This document shows, in pieces, positions 25,639 to 40,340 of a DNA stretch of 64,000 nt. Location: contig OZ316891.1 in NCBI GenBank assembly GCA_973895155.1, forward strand, positions 4,198,018 through 4,262,017. Direction: 5' to 3'. How positions within the stretch are numbered: the first letter of the stretch is position 1; every line of letters begins with the position of its first letter. The notes under the pieces are model-generated. The model was given only the letters and a program-made list of their open reading frames with translations. It was not told the origin of the DNA and did no database searches. The DNA comes from Marsupella aquatica (lineage: Eukaryota > Plantae > Marchantiophyta). A program made the position numbers and the translations under genes.

Positions 25639-28600
25639 TCAAGACTTGTTGGGTTTGGCACTTCCTTCAGCTGGAATGACAATCGATTTCAGCAAAGGCA
25701 TGCGTTCTTCCAAAGCTTCCCTTTTCGTTCGTATTCTGTCATTGGTACAATCCTTCTCCTGCATTGACAATTATAATCTTCAGGGAGACGTGAAAAACAA
25801 CCAATTATCTGCAATTGAGTACTCTTAAACCCAAAGCAGACTTGCCTAATCATCAATCAGATGTCACAAAAAAATCATGTTTTTCTTTTTCCTCGTTTTC
25901 TATTTAGAACCAATTCACTGTTGCGGCACTCAGTAAACGTCATGCGCAAAGCAAATTCAGCTGTGGCAAAGATCTCGGACTTACACCAGGAACAGCGGTA
26001 GCTTGCATCGATAGTACTTGGACGGTCGCTTTTTGGTAATCCACCAGCGTTTCGTGGTAGTCATCAGATATACCATCCTGAACACCAGTAAACGATGCGA
26101 CTCAGCTATGTAATTCCAGACACCTCTCTTGAGTATGTCGGCAAAAAACTTACTCACCTGAAAACATACCTTCATCATACGTGAGGGGAATCCCATGTAC
26201 TGCTATGGGTCTCTAAACTTGTCCCAAACACCAAAAAGAACACGGCAAAAAACAGCTCTGGCGGCCTATAAGTCATGTCGGCAAACATTCAGCTGGATCT
26301 GTAACTAACAGAATTGGAGATGCCAAAAACTCACCTTTAGACGCGCAACAGCAGCTGCTAGTGCCCTTCCTGGAGCTTGCAAAGCCCGGTCGTGAACCTG
26401 TCAAAATTCCAAATTCTGCTTCAATTCCTCATCCTCATATTCCAGCATTTAACGAAAAACAGTTTGGAAGAAATAAATTCACAACTCTTATCAACCTGTA
26501 TGGATACACATTACTTTACGAGGCTTATGGACCTACCTGGATAAAGAGCAGAGCCACAACTTTGGGCAGCAGAGCAATTGGATCGGTCTCTCCATCAACT
26601 TCTACTGTCAATGCCTGAAATTCAACCCATCAACATATGTAATATCCGTTATTAAATATACGACTCGAGTCATAAAGGTCTATACAGGATTACAGATATA
26701 GTAAGTTCCGTCTACCACTTCCGTTCACCAACCCAATCAATTAACATGACGCTTCCAACTGTTTGCCGAGGTATTGCTAAGCAGATTAGTTGGAGGAGTG
26801 CTGCACAATGAAATCTTTGACGACTATACTTCAGCATCTTCAAAGCAGCAAAACTCAATGGATTCCTAGATGAGTGCCTAGATGAGTGCAAACCTTGCGA
26901 TGGGAATGGAGCAGAGATCTTTCTGATTTCTTGTCTAATTTCTTCAGCCGAAGACCGCTGTACAAAAGGGTACGACTAAAGATTAATACTCAGTCCGTGG
27001 TCTGCCAATCACCAGATTTAAGTGAAATGACGGATGGCTTTTGCCAAGGCTTGCAATATAAACACGTGGACAGAAATAAAATTACAAACGAGCCTGACGC
27101 CTTTTACCTTTCTGTTAAGGTAGCTTCCAGAGCCGACTCAAACGCTTCAACACTCTGTCCAAATTTACAGCATCACATCAGGGATGACCAAAGTAAAGAA
27201 TTATGGTAAAGAACACAACTCTATGGATATTGTGAGAAGACTGGATTCATGCCTCACCCGGTCAATGACTGCCTTTACCTACCAGACAAGACCCACAAAT
27301 AACCAGAGGCCATTTAACATATCCTTGCTGTTCTAAGACCAACCTTGCCCTCGGATGCCTCCACCAATTCCACTGCCCTTGTTGATATGGTAGCTCCAGG
27401 CATATTTTTAGCCTGAGAAACACAACCACGAGCAAAGGTTGTGTAGCTGTCAGTAAATCCGAAATATGTAGTCAAGAAATTTTCTATCACCCTCATTGGT
27501 GCGCATGATTATCAGTCACTAACAATCAGAATGATAAAGAAGAAAACCCGACACACAATGACCATCTTCCCCTTGGAGGGATGACGTAGCAAAGATCGTC
27601 CCTATTTTCTACTCATACAAGAAGTCCCGGTAACACTAATCTCAAGACAAAGGCCTTAAACTAGATGGGAGAGCAAAAACCTACCAGCGACATGCGCTGC
27701 CCACTACTCAACGGGTCAGAGGATGGTGAACCTTCGTGACCTCCAACGCTCTCTCCCTCTGCTATTTTTCTCTCCAGGTCCTGCCATTAGAATCAGTCAG
27801 AACAGGTTCTGAGAGGTCTCATTTGTAGTGATGTAGTTCCTTATCAAGCTCACCAAATGTACAGGCACCCAGAAAATTGCAGCACAAGGAGTATTGAGAA
27901 ACATTTACCTGAGACGTGAGAAACAAATCAACAATCTCTGCAGCTGTTGTCCGCAGAAGATGTCTATGGAGGATAACCTGTCATGAAGTCAACACAACAA
28001 CAGCCTATGGATCATCTGTAACTTGGAACGGAGCAGTAGTGATAGGGGAGTGGTTGACCCATAACAACAGTCAACGCATGGGATGAACTACCACATAGGT
28101 TGCAAATTCAAGAATGAAAAGTTCTTTGGTGCTTGGAAAGCACGTTAACAGGACATCCGTTAGTGAGCTTTTCAACTCACAAGGGCACCTACGTCCTACC
28201 CTACTTCCCCACATTTCAGAGGTGCACAGAAAGAGTATAAATTATTGTGTTAAATCCAGCAGTCAAGGGCATAGGGAAATCATTGCCAGACCACACATTC
28301 AAAAATATTTAGATGCCATATGGTTCCTCCAAAGAAAAGCCACTCGACCGTATTCACAAAGCAAGCAGGCAATACTTACAGTTGTTCCATTATCCTCCTC
28401 AAAAAGATCCAGAGCACGTTCGAAAAGTTGTAAATTTGCATAAACCTGTGGGGGAAAAACCAATCTCAGAGTCAGAAACACCACCACTCAAGACGTAGTG
28501 GGATATGATAGTCAGATGCATGAACTAGTTAGATTGATTGCCTGGGGAAGTGAATGGCACAAACCTCATCAATCTTGTGTTGCAAATCATCGACACGGCG

Positions 28601-31600
28601 TCTCCTGTCTTCAGAGCTTGCAGAAAACGTGGAACGTTTTGCAGCTATCCAAGTTGAAAGAACTGAAGGTCTCACCCAATCTGCCAGAGATTTTGCTAAA
28701 GCTCCAATCGCTTCGGAATCTTCACCCTCTACAGACAGTAATAGGCAAACAATAAAACAAAATTCAATTTCAATATCTACTATTGGCATGAATTGGTAAT
28801 CCGTTATGTTTAAAAAAGAGACGCTTTTACAAAAACATTGGTTCTCAGTTTTGCCCATCAATGACAACATCACTTCAAATGGACCAAATACATACGTTTG
28901 ACAAAGTCGCACTTAAGGATTTGATATGAAAGTGCTCAGACTCACCAATTCCAGCACTTTCCATGTCAGGATACCATTCCAGGATCTTCTCAGTTAGTAA
29001 CTCTTGTGATGGCACATCACCATCCTCTTTAGCAAGAGATCCTTGGCTTCTTTTAGTAGACCCATTTCCGGATTCTCCTGCAAGTAGACTTATACCTCCT
29101 TTACTCCGTCCACCTTTTCTCTTACTCTTTGAGCCCTTTCCTTTCGGTTCGTCATCTGTTTCGTCTATTACTCTTTCTTTCACTGAATTTTGACTGCCCC
29201 TTCTCTTCTTCTGGTTCTTACCCTGCACAATATCGTCTCCCTCCACATCTTTTCCAACGCCAATTGAACTGGAACTGCTTGATGCACCTCTATCATTGTT
29301 GTTACCATCAAACTCAGTCTGTTTGGGTTTCAAAGCCTGTTCTTTGGCAGCCTTTTCTGCCAATATACGGACTTCACCATCAAGTCTGTCTTTCATTGTC
29401 TGCAATTAGAATAACAAATTTGCATTCAGGCGTCAGAAAATAATCAAAATTCTCAGAACCGTTAAAAGGAGTTGTTCAGAAAACGCAAGAGGGACTTGAG
29501 ATCTGTGGATTTGGGATATAGAATGGAAGGGCTTCGGAACATCTAAAAGGACACAAGATGATCAGTTGTGATACAAAAGATTACTCGATAAGATGCTGGG
29601 TTGTCCTTAAGACTTGAATATTCTGGACCTACCATCGACGGCTGTCATAATTGAAGGTGTAGACAGACTGCAGACGATACATGAAAGAGTTTACCCATTG
29701 ATCCTACAAACTATCCGCTCTCATTTCGGCAAAGAGTTTTACTCTATTGCTCATTACAGCGTGCAGTAGTCCATTGAAAGTAAGGAGCATCTTAGACATT
29801 TCAGCGTAGTTGATGACGTTTCTATTGGATTGGCACATGGAAGAATCAAATGTACTCTTTCATCAGATTCAACGTTAGGTTCAAGTTTCACCCCACAGGC
29901 TTCTAGACGTTTGAGAAATGTCCGTCAAAAACCCGTCATCCTTGCTATCAGTGAACATTAGACAATGGAACGAGAGAATAATCTGAACAACACACCTTAA
30001 GAAAGCTGTGGCTAACCACACAGGTTTCAGCCAGAATTACACCAGTCGAGTCCTACAAGATGGAAGTATCAAGATCAGGGATATATACATGATCCACAGA
30101 TAAGTTACTTGATACGGAAAAGAGCAAACTAGAAAATAAGGTTCGTGAGAATGTCGCGAGCAACCTTTTTGGACTTCTGTACAGAGGGGCATAAATTGAG
30201 AAGCATTCCAACGTCCGGAATGCTAAAAGATGGCGGAACAAGCGGCAAGACGTCAAGCCTGAGGATTCCAAATTTATACGAATTAGACAAACCAAGAATC
30301 AATGGACCCAACTTTCCGTGAAGTTCAGATTCAATGGTGTTCTTCAGAACCGACGAGTGACTTTGGCTTTCAGCAGTTAAAATCATGCCCATTCATGAAT
30401 ATGTTATGCTAGATAATATTCAAGTCCATCATCTGCACGCCTTTTTATAGGAAGGAACTTTTGCTAAACGCTTTAGAGTGGAAGTAAGTCAGCTATCGGA
30501 GGCGAAGGACAAGACACGGTTGCATAAGATCTTTGTGGACTGACATACCATCCACCACCATTGAGTGCCTCCTCAGCTGCTGCATCTAGAACACTGACCA
30601 ACGAAGTATGTACAAACACTGTCTCGAGAGCGATACCTTCTGGATATTTTTCCTGCATTAAGATGACCAGATCCGCAAATTTAGATCTGGAACTTGTGTC
30701 TCATCCATAAGAATATGTCACTACATGGAACTCTAGTAGTAACCTCACAAAAGATGATGATGTTGCAAACTAAAGTTAATCACAACTTGTAAACTCAGTT
30801 CACCCCGCGTTTAACAACCTTCCTCCATTAAAAGAATAAAATCAACACAAACTCCTAAAATAAACTGGAAAAAGATCCGAGAATATGAGTTCTCCTCAAA
30901 CTTAGTAAACCCACCTGAAGGTAGAGCTTTGGCTGAGCTACGACTAGTTTTCGGAGGAAGTCATAGCTGATGTAACCATTCTACGCATAAGACAAAATAA
31001 TGCACAAGTAAGACAATGCTGTAAACCTTGTCTTATATCTTCCAAAACCAGCGAGACATGAGATTCATTGAAGCTAAAATCCTGGAAAGAAAACTGAACT
31101 CGGCCAATGATTCCTTGGCTATAACAACATTTGGACACATAATAGGCATAATCTCTTGGTTACACCAAAGACTTGGTGCTCGGGTTAAGCTGGACCAAAG
31201 ACCTGAGAAAAGAAAGCCTCCACACTTTCCCGCTGAGATTGAGTAAACACCTGCAACGGAGTTTTACTGCAGTCAGAATTACATGTAACCCCTTTCTTGA
31301 TGCACTAAACTAATAAATGATTGACCCCATGAATACACCTCTCGGGAAAATGTGAACTGCTGGCTAGTGCGATAAAAAAATAGTTAGTCAAAAGACCTGT
31401 GTAAGCAACAAGGGAAGAGCTCTGCGCACATGCTGGCTCTGGACATTTCAGAAACATCCCAAACCTATGCCTTACCACAGGAATCCAAGACGACCCACCC
31501 CCTCGAAGTGCACCTGAAACTTCCCCGGCAGCAATGATTCCATTTAGAACAGTCTGAAACAGGCCTGGAACTACGCCACTTGAGCTATCATCTCCTTCGC

Positions 31601-33662
31601 GGAGCTCTCTTTGCAATAACGACCACACTTCTGAAAGAGGTGTGGGTACTGTCAGAGCTCTTATTGCACCCCGAACCATAGCCCTTATTCTCGCCACAAA
31701 TGCTGGTGTATATAACTGCCCCGCTTCTAACTTCCCTTGTATCTGCAGCAGCAATTAAATCGATTACAGATGAAGCCAGTGCTTATGACCATGTGCATTG
31801 CAGCTGAAGACTCCTTTTCAACACCAGATTGAAGGATGCCTTGTGAGGATATCTTTCCCTCGTCCTCACCGGCCCAATAATGAATAAGATCCAAACTTAT
31901 TGTAGTCTCTCCTTTATGTCCGCACTAATTTTGGTCGACAGCCTCTCTTAAGTCCGTCTTTCAAGGCACACAAATCGTCCATTAACTTCATTGACAATCC
32001 AGTCAAGATGAACGTCAAATTATATAACCAAATCTACATCAAATATGAACGTATACTTGAAATAGTTGTAAATTATATGCAACCCTGTATCAGTCTAAGT
32101 GATTACAAGTCACACTATATAATCTCTCTGAACATGTGTAAAGTTAGTATGCACGTTCAGTTCAGTCCGCACCTTGTTGCCAGTATCAAAAGGCGGACTT
32201 AACCGAGAGACTACTTCACGAAGGGAGAGGTCGTTCAAGCAGCTTGTAAAAGTGACCAGCATTAACAATGTCTACACATACAAGTTTTATGTAACAATTC
32301 TTACTTAGAAAGGTCGGATTGGTGCAGTGTAAAAAATAATGACAGAGAGTGAGAAGGCTTACTCCAGAAGACCCTATGCGAGATTCCAAAGCTCTGGTCA
32401 GCAGCTCAGCTCCGACATTGTATCGTTTCGCCAGCTCTCCTACAGAAATCTGTCCTGACTCTTGCAGAGCTTCACTGACTTCTTCCACCACGCCATCCCA
32501 ATACTCTTCGGAAATGATCTCCCCTTGTACAAAGGTCAATTCAGGACGGCTGGCCACGATCTTCTCTGCTACCCTCTCACAGTGAACCAGTTCTACACCC
32601 ACTGCGGTCGCAAGATCCACGAGCGAGACGCGACCGAGTCGGTTGACTTCATCCTCCACCTCGGTTTTTAAACGATCCTGCATTAAAGCAAGACGAAGTG
32701 TTGACTAAGCCTCGTGACAGCAAAATTCGTCCATAAAAACGTCGATCTCAATCTTCGTGATCTCCAGTGATGAATCCGAAGTGTAGGAAGATTAGAGATT
32801 GAGCATTCTTAGATCAAGTCTTCTCATTGATAATGTACTAATACCCTCTCCTGCGTTCCTTCTCTCCTACAATTACACCATCCCGCAGCTTCTGCAATTC
32901 CAAGCATTCTCCCAAACTCAACTATACGGTAAACCGAGGGCAACGGAGACCCAACTAGGTCATATCTGGATTTGGTCACTCCAAGGAATTGGAGCAGACT
33001 TAGGTCATGATTCAGGACAACAAATTTTGTACACATAAAATGTGGAAGATTGAAAAGCGAGCAGAAATCCTTAAGAACGAAATTTAGCCGTCCACAACAT
33101 CGTTGCAATTAATTTCGGAGTACTTTTTGGCAAATGCTTTGGTCACAAATAAAATGATCTTTCCATCTCAGGACCTTGCATTGTGGCTCAGAGAAACTGT
33201 TTCACTCCACTCAGTGGAAAATCGAAGAAAAAGATAGCCTCTATGACAAACCTACTAATTCGGTAAGCCCAACTCTCAATTGGGCAACAGGATAACCTCT
33301 CGTTTCTGGTCTTTTAAATTGTGGCTCAGAGTTTCCCTCTTACTGGAAAATCAAAGAAAAAGCGATAGACTCTGACTCTGAGGCAAAACCCTAAGTTCCG
33401 GTGAGCTAAATAATTAGATTTAAATTCCCGACATCCATAACTCATGCAATCACAGGGCGCTCAGACGAAGGAAGAGCGAATCACTCACCTTGGTGATGTA
33501 ATCCTTTCCGTTGACACTGTGAAGAAGATCGGAGTCCAGAAGCTGCAACTCCTGCAATTTGGAGACGAGCTCCACTACATTGCGCTCTGAGAGCCGCACC
33601 GTGGCCTTGGCCTCTTGCGTCGCTTCGAACAATTTCTGCAACTCGAGCAGCTCCGCATCCAT
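25639..33662 (-). CDS. UFL1: E3 UFM1-protein ligase 1 homolog, multi-exon
   Basis: N terminus MDAELLELQKLFEATQEAKATVRLSERNVVELVSKLQ..LHSVNGKDYIT, then GRVSLVDLA..QGEIISEEYWD, GQLYTPAFVARIRAMVRGA, a Lys-rich linker, YANLQLFERALDLFE. Last coding exon EKDCTNDRI..PNKS* ends at 25639. Confidence 0.95.
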
Positions 33663-34679
33663 GATGCTCCTCCCCTAGGTCAAAGCGCAATCCGAATCAG
33701 TTAAAACTCAGAAACACACACCACGAAATTCTCCTCCTCTTGCTTCTCCTCCGCTCTCTCGGTGCTGAGCCTAAATCCTCGACAAACCATCATTTGTCCA
33801 TCAATCAATCTCGCCTTTTCTTGATGGGGGCTTTCGGAGTTCTGCTATGAAATGAGCATTTGTTGGAAGAGGAAAATTGACGCAAAGGTCAGGGCGTATG
33901 GTATCCGGAAAGCGGGAACCCCTTCGATCCTCGAGCAATTCGGCACTACAGTCATTTACTGTCTGTCGATTCGTATCAGTCGTCGTGTACTGTCCATGAG
34001 TTCTGTGTCGTGAGTATATATAGTCAGTAAGTATTCGAATTTCAGCTCCCGTGACAACACTTCAGTAGCATTGGTGAAAGCTACATAAAAATTTGGGATG
34101 CATTTGTGAAGACAATTCTAAGCATGTGTGTGTAATCTGCTGCTTTGCTCTCTCCCAACATGTTTTACACCTTGACCAGTGGGTGAGTATAGGGTAATGA
34201 CTGAATGGTCTGGGGTTACTGGTATGTAACCTTGTGACCAGAAAGTGAAGAAATGTTGATCGGCAGCAGTCGGGAAATTTTCCTGAGCTTTGTGGGAACA
34301 GGTTTCAGGCAATAACCGAGGCCAGCCCAAAGAGTCATTATCATATTTAATATTTGCCCCCAAAAAGATTGTTGGATAAGACTTTCTGGGCACAAGGTTA
34401 TGAAAATGGTGACACCTAGTAGAAAAGGTTATACACCAATAACCTTTCTTCTTGACAAGAATTACACTTATGCAATGTCTAGTGTTTTGGGACGTCCAAA
34501 TTGCCTTCTTGATTTTGGTCTTGTGGTCCTTTGGCAATTACTAGGGTTTGGGGACATCCAAATTGCCTTTTTGATTTTGGTCTTTTGTCATCTTTCCTAT
34601 CTTCATCTTCTCTCAAGTCAGAGTGCCTCCTATGACAATGTTTCTGTCCATGCTTTCTTCATTTGACATTAGTCCAATG

Positions 34680-35400
34680 GAGAGTCTTTGGTCACCTCAT
34701 TGGTCTAGGAGCCCTCGATGAAGAGGAAGGTTATTTTGTGGCTAGACAGTCAGACTTTGTTGCCCCATTGGGCGGTGGGATGGGGGGTGTCATTGGCAGT
34801 AGCTACTACTGATGCATTTTTTGATAGTTGGGCGCATGTGATTCTTGCCTTGACTTTGAGTTTCATTGTGAACCTTTGCCTATCCTTTGGGGGCCTCACT
34901 CCAAAGGAAGTCTCATAACAAGCTCGGCATTTTTAGCTATTAAACACCCTACTAAATATGGGAAAAAAAATGTTGAACTATTTTTCTTGTGTTGATCTTG
35001 TCTTCTCTTGGGCTGGAGCTCGTGCCCTTGGAGACATGGTTGTTGCAGACCCTACTAGTGGGAGCAATGTGGCGCAAGTTTCCCATGTGCCATATATGTG
35101 GGCGCAAGGGCTGCTCGACTGAAGGAGGAGGCTTATGGAGGGTGTTACCCTAGTGACCTTTCCTACCTGTTTGCAATGGAGGTCTTTGGGGTGATTCACC
35201 TATCATTCAATCGGTTCTTAAATTCTTGCGCAATTCATTATGTAAGTTGAGCAAATGCCTTACCCCTCGGTGTTTGTCATCACAACCATTTTTAGACAGT
35301 AGGGGTCTGTTGCGCTCTAGCATGTGTAGGCATTCACTGTTCTTTATAAGGGTGAGACGGTTGGTTTGAGGGCATCTAATAGCTCGGGGGAAGGGGGGGG
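34680..35400 (+). mobile_element. Old degenerate CRE-like retrotransposon fragment
   Basis: WLDSQTLLPHWAVGWGVSLAVATTDAFFDSWA resembles the thumb region WLHRQLGLPISQGGFGL..LAFLGAWA; GARALGDMVVADPTS resembles the RLE motif; 3' motif shared with 22670-22930. Confidence 0.5.
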
Positions 35401-37220
35401 GGTCACTTCCACTAAAGAGGCATATCACGTGCAACAAAGTATAGACCCATTTAAATGGGTGTGGCGGAACATTTCCAAAGTTTTGTGGAAGAACAAGTAG
35501 GGCATGCTTGATTGATTGATGAACTTTAAAGAACAAATAGGCCTACTTAATTGAAAAAAAACACTTTCTTTAAAGATTTTAGAATTTGTTTTTAGTAAAA
35601 ATGGCAAAATTTAAAGAAATAAATGGTGTTTGCAAAAACAAATTTCACTTAAAGTTAGGGGGTTCAAACCCTAAAACGTCACACACAATGTATGGCCCTC
35701 CATATAGTGACCCCGGCCCCCGAGTTTAATATGATTCTCTTGCTTGATCCTCCTATGCAATTTATATCAGAGCTCTACTAGGCTCTTCACTTTGCTAATA
35801 GGTCCTGGGGTCCTCACTTCTTTTCTTTTGACCCATCTTGCGCGAAGAAGTTAGGTGTTTTTTTAATTCAATTGCACGGAAGACTTTAAGAGGTTTGTTG
35901 AAGAAATATAGGGGTGTTTTGATCCAATTTGAGACTTATAAAAACTATAGGGGTTTTTTTATAACAAATTATATGAGAATATTCCACAAAGTTAGGGGTC
36001 AAAAAATACTAAAAATCTACCTTTTTTTCTTAAGTTTTAGGGTCTTTAGTACTTGAAAACTTTGTGTGTGATATGGGACCTCCCTTGGAGTGAGGCAGGT
36101 AGGCTTTGTGGTTTTAGTTTTTGTGTTCCTGGTGGTTCTGGTCTTGGGCTTATGGCTAGGTCATTCTGGCTTTTTGGCACTTTGTTTGGTTGTTCCCCTG
36201 TGATTGAGTCTTTCGCCTAAGAGATCATTCTATATACAAAAGTGGGTCCCTTGTTTCTTAAAGTAGCTGGATTACCCTTTCAAGGAATGTAAATACTTAG
36301 AGACGATTGTCTCTTCAAGGAATAAAAGTAGAGATGAAGAAAAAAAATGCAAACAAAGAATTGAATCTATACTACTTCCCCATTCATGTTTGCCCCCATG
36401 CATCCTTGTTTATTGTCCACCCTCATTCTCAGTTTTGAGTTCATTTAGAGTAGCTATTATTTAGAATCAATGTAAATGCTGTTCATATTTTTTCTCATCC
36501 TTAGTTTTGTCCACCCTCACCTTCAGTTTTATCCTTATAGATAGTCATTGTCAGTTTCGTCCTTATTGAGGTTATGGTCTAGAGGCTTCACTCTAGATTG
36601 TAACCCTTGAAAGTAACTTTGCATTGAGCTTAGTTAGTAAGATTAAAACAATCACATTAGGGTTAATATTGTTGATTGTACAAAAATCTAATAGTTTCTG
36701 AGATAAAATTCCAGCCCAGAGCAACTAGGCATAGTTTGGTCCAGGAGACAGGCTCCAGTCTAGTAGGGGCAAGAAACTTTAATCAATCAATCAATTATAT
36801 TTTTGAAGCTGCTATATGGTGAATCCAACTCTCATGTTTTGTCTTATTCATATTTGTGTATCATGAATTTTTATTTGAATGTACCTTAACAAGGGGCATC
36901 CTTTGTATCACATAGACTTTTAATTCATTTTTGGACCCCTTTAAATTTTTGGTATTCTATAGTGTTTTGAATTTATTTTAGCAGCCCCCTTAATTTGTAA
37001 ACTTTGTTAAGTCCTAGAGAGAAACTAAGGGTTTCATTTTCTATCGCTTTTAAGTATACTCATGAGTGAGAGGAATGATTCTAAGAAATGTCAGCACATC
37101 CTGTCTTAAGCTCCCCTTGTGACTTTCTTTCCTAAGTTTATGGTTTTTATTGAATAAGAGTCATTAATAATACACACTGAAATACGTGCACAACTGGTAG
37201 GATCGTTGTGTAATAGAATT

Positions 37221-37385
37221 GTACTTTCCATTGGTCACTATGTGCTTTTATTGCATGTGGTTTATTTATATTATTTGATTTCATTGTGCACAACTCGTAG
37301 CAACTTTGTGTAATGAAAGTGTACTTTCCGTTGGTCACTATGTGCTTTTATTGCATGTACTTTATTTATATTATTTGATTTCATT
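37221..37385. repeat. Direct repeat, ~65 bp at 100-bp spacing
   Basis: gtactttcc(a/g)ttggtcactatgtgcttttattgcatgt..ttatttatattatttgatttcatt x2. Confidence 0.85.
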
Positions 37386-38221
37386 CACATTTAATATGTA
37401 TTCTAGTCTTACTCTTTAATTTTGTCCACTTAATATCACTACAAGACAAAGAGTAAAGCATGTTCCAGGATGAGCATGCTATATAGCCAAATGATGGTAG
37501 CTGTTAAGTCAAAAGTTATTGGCACTGAAAAAATTGATGTCATTTTTTTTAAATTACCCAAGGCACCAAAACTTTCCATGGGTATAAATAACCATGTTGA
37601 CAAGACAGTCTAGTTTGTTGGTCTGGCCTTGTAGTTTGAACCACACATATATTCATAAGGTCTAATTCCAGTGATCCAAAGTTTGAATAAAGCAAAATTT
37701 AAGTTTGTACTTACATAGAATTTGGTACATACATATCTAATTCTGGGGTCCCTAGCGTTTGGATGGTGCATACCAGTCCAAAGTTAAACCTCTAGCTTGA
37801 CTAACTTGGGCTATTGACACCATCTCACAATGCCTTTCCCCTTGGGTGGCTGGGTTTGAAGCCCATACTATTTTGATGTGCTTGTGAAGGGCATGGATTT
37901 TAGCTAGCCGTGAGCATGCAACTCAAGTGTTAACTTAGCGTATATTTTAATTATCACATGAAATTCCAGCCTAATATAATATTGCTACTTTGTAGATAAA
38001 ATGTTTTTAAAACATTATCTATTTTTAGTATTAATTACCTATATGCTATATAAAAGGTGTATATAATCAAATATTCCTTAAAATTGAGTTTAAAATACCT
38101 TCTTTTTTGCCTATATGTCTTTTCAAAATTTAGCTAATCACCATCAATCAAAAATACCTATTTTGGATCGCATATCATGGTTCTTACAATCTTGGGGGTC
38201 TCAAAATATGTAGAAAAATAT

Positions 38222-39095
38222 GAAGGCCTCCCCATCACCTACGACATTTTTAGGCCTTGGACCCCTAAAATGTAAGCAAAAAAAGTTTGTTTTTAACCCA
38301 TTTAAAGTTAAAATATTTTTGGAATATTCCAAAAATTGGATTAAAAATGAGATTAAAAAGACCATAATGTTCTATAAATCTAAAAATTGAATTTAAAAGA
38401 CCCTATTGTTCTTCTGAAAAATTCTTAAGTTTTCTCTTAAAACCATAAAATAACCCTATCCTTCGTCGCAAGTGATGTGTTATTTTGAACCCTAAACCCT
38501 TGAGCTTACAATTTTTGAAAATTTGACCCCTTGAGGTGTGTAATAGCTAGGGACAAGGCATGGATGGACAATTTAAGATGTTCTCCTTGCCCACCCTCAT
38601 GATTGCATAAAGTCTTTAACTAATTTACACTAGAAAGAAAAAATAACCTGTTGCTTTTGAAATCACTCCTTTACTAGTTTTCCCCAGTGCCCCGAAAAAT
38701 TGTATACTACTGGTTTTGGGTAGATTTGTGTTCAAGGGTTTCACTTACATAAAAATTGCACATCACATGCAATGAATGATAAAGTCATTTTATTGGTTCT
38801 AAGAGAAGACTTTGATTTTTTTGCAGAAGAACAATCGGGTCTTTTCAATTCAATTTTGATACTTATAAGAACATTAGAGTATTAATTAAAATTTTGGAAT
38901 ATTCCAACTGTATAGGGGTTTTTTTTAATGTTTTTATCTTACAGTTTAGAATTACAAGAACATTAGAGTATTTTTAATCAAAAATTAGGAATATTCCAAA
39001 AAAATTCTAACTTTATAGGGGTTTAAAAATAATTTATTATGTTACAATTTAGAGGGTTCGAGGCCTAAAAACATTGCAAGTGATGGGGAGGTCTC
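38222..39095. mobile_element. Non-autonomous long-TIR element (MULE/foldback-like)
   Basis: ~200-bp imperfect inverted repeats: 38222-38420 (cctccccatcac..ttttaggcct..ggaatattcc..ttgttcttctg) versus 38820-39095. No convincing TSD. Confidence 0.65.
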
Positions 39096-39799
39096 GATAT
39101 AGTGAGACTCCCGACTAATTGGGTTAATATTAATAATGACCCTATTACTTCCCAATCTGGGATGTTTGTGGCTAGGTTTCCGGCTACACATTTTTTAGAG
39201 ATTGAACCTCTCGGCTATGGCGGTTGCGCAATTCACCGCTCTATGCCTGCCCTTCCACATGCCTGCCTGCGAGTGAATCTTATTGCCTCTCCCATCTCGC
39301 AAGGGACTCTCATGAAGACAATGATCTGTGCGCAAGCGGGAGAATCTGTTCTCCTTTAGCAACCTCGGCAGAGTGGAATTGGAGTTCGTCTTTTGATGGA
39401 ACCTCCTCATCACATTATTAATATTTGAAATGATTTCTACCCGACTTGACATTGCTCTTATGTCATAAGCAATGTTGTTTTGTTTCTACTTTAATCTTTG
39501 TGCAAAGCGTTGGGATGCGGTCTGGGGGGTCACTTCCACAAATGTTGACATCATATGCAAAGGAAGTAAGAGACATTTTATTCATTTTAGGAAAGTACTT
39601 GGAGGTAGTGAGGAAGTAACCCGGGAAGTAAGTGAGGAAAACAATTCAAAAAGTGCCACTTGTCATGATCACATGATTTATTACTTGCCAGATGTCAATA
39701 AATGATTGGTGGGTGTTTTGAGCTTTTTATTTCTTTTAGACACAGTGATTAAATAAGGGCATTCCCACAAGGTATATAACAATTTCATAAGGTGAACCC

Positions 39800-40340
39800 C
39801 CCAAGATGCGGTGACATGTATCTTTAAATATCTTAAAGGTACGTACTACAAACCATAACATATATTTTGGAGAAAATGAAAGTTTGCCCAGAATATTCTT
39901 GCAAGTTTTAATTTTGTGATGCAGACTATGCTGCTAACATTGATACTAGAAAATCCAGGATTGGATTTGTTTTCATGCTAAATGATGATTCAATTGCTTG
40001 GATGACTACTAAGCAAGGTTGCGTTGCCATTTCTACAACAATAGCAAAGTGGGTGTCTGCTTGTATGATCACCAAGTAGGTTGTGTGGTTCAGAACACTA
40101 CTAGAAATGATGATATTAAAAGAGGAAAATCCCATACCATTGAACGTAGACAATCAAAGTGCAATCAAGCTGATAAAAAATCCAGAATCTTATCGCTGCA
40201 TAAAGCATATACTTAGACGTTCAGTATCACTTTGTCTGTGACAAGTTTCAGACAAGTAGGAAAAATCTGTTTGCAATATTTATACACGGAGCAACAGTTG
40301 GCAGATATTTCACAATACTATTCTTTTTGACAAGTTTCAC
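39800..40340 (+). mobile_element. Ty1/Copia pol remnant (RT C terminus and RNase H)
   Basis: IFKYLKGT..FCDADYAANIDTRKSRIGFVFMLNDDSIAWMTTKQGCVAISTT..DNQSAIKLIKNP..KHI.DVQYHFV, with stops and frameshifts. Confidence 0.88.

Noticed and set aside
37437-37450. CACTACAAGA as the start of a second CACTA element
   Set aside because: No partner TIR, TSD or subterminal repeats found.
39195-39452. GC-richer segment with short overlapping ORFs
   Set aside because: No recognisable domain or splice structure.
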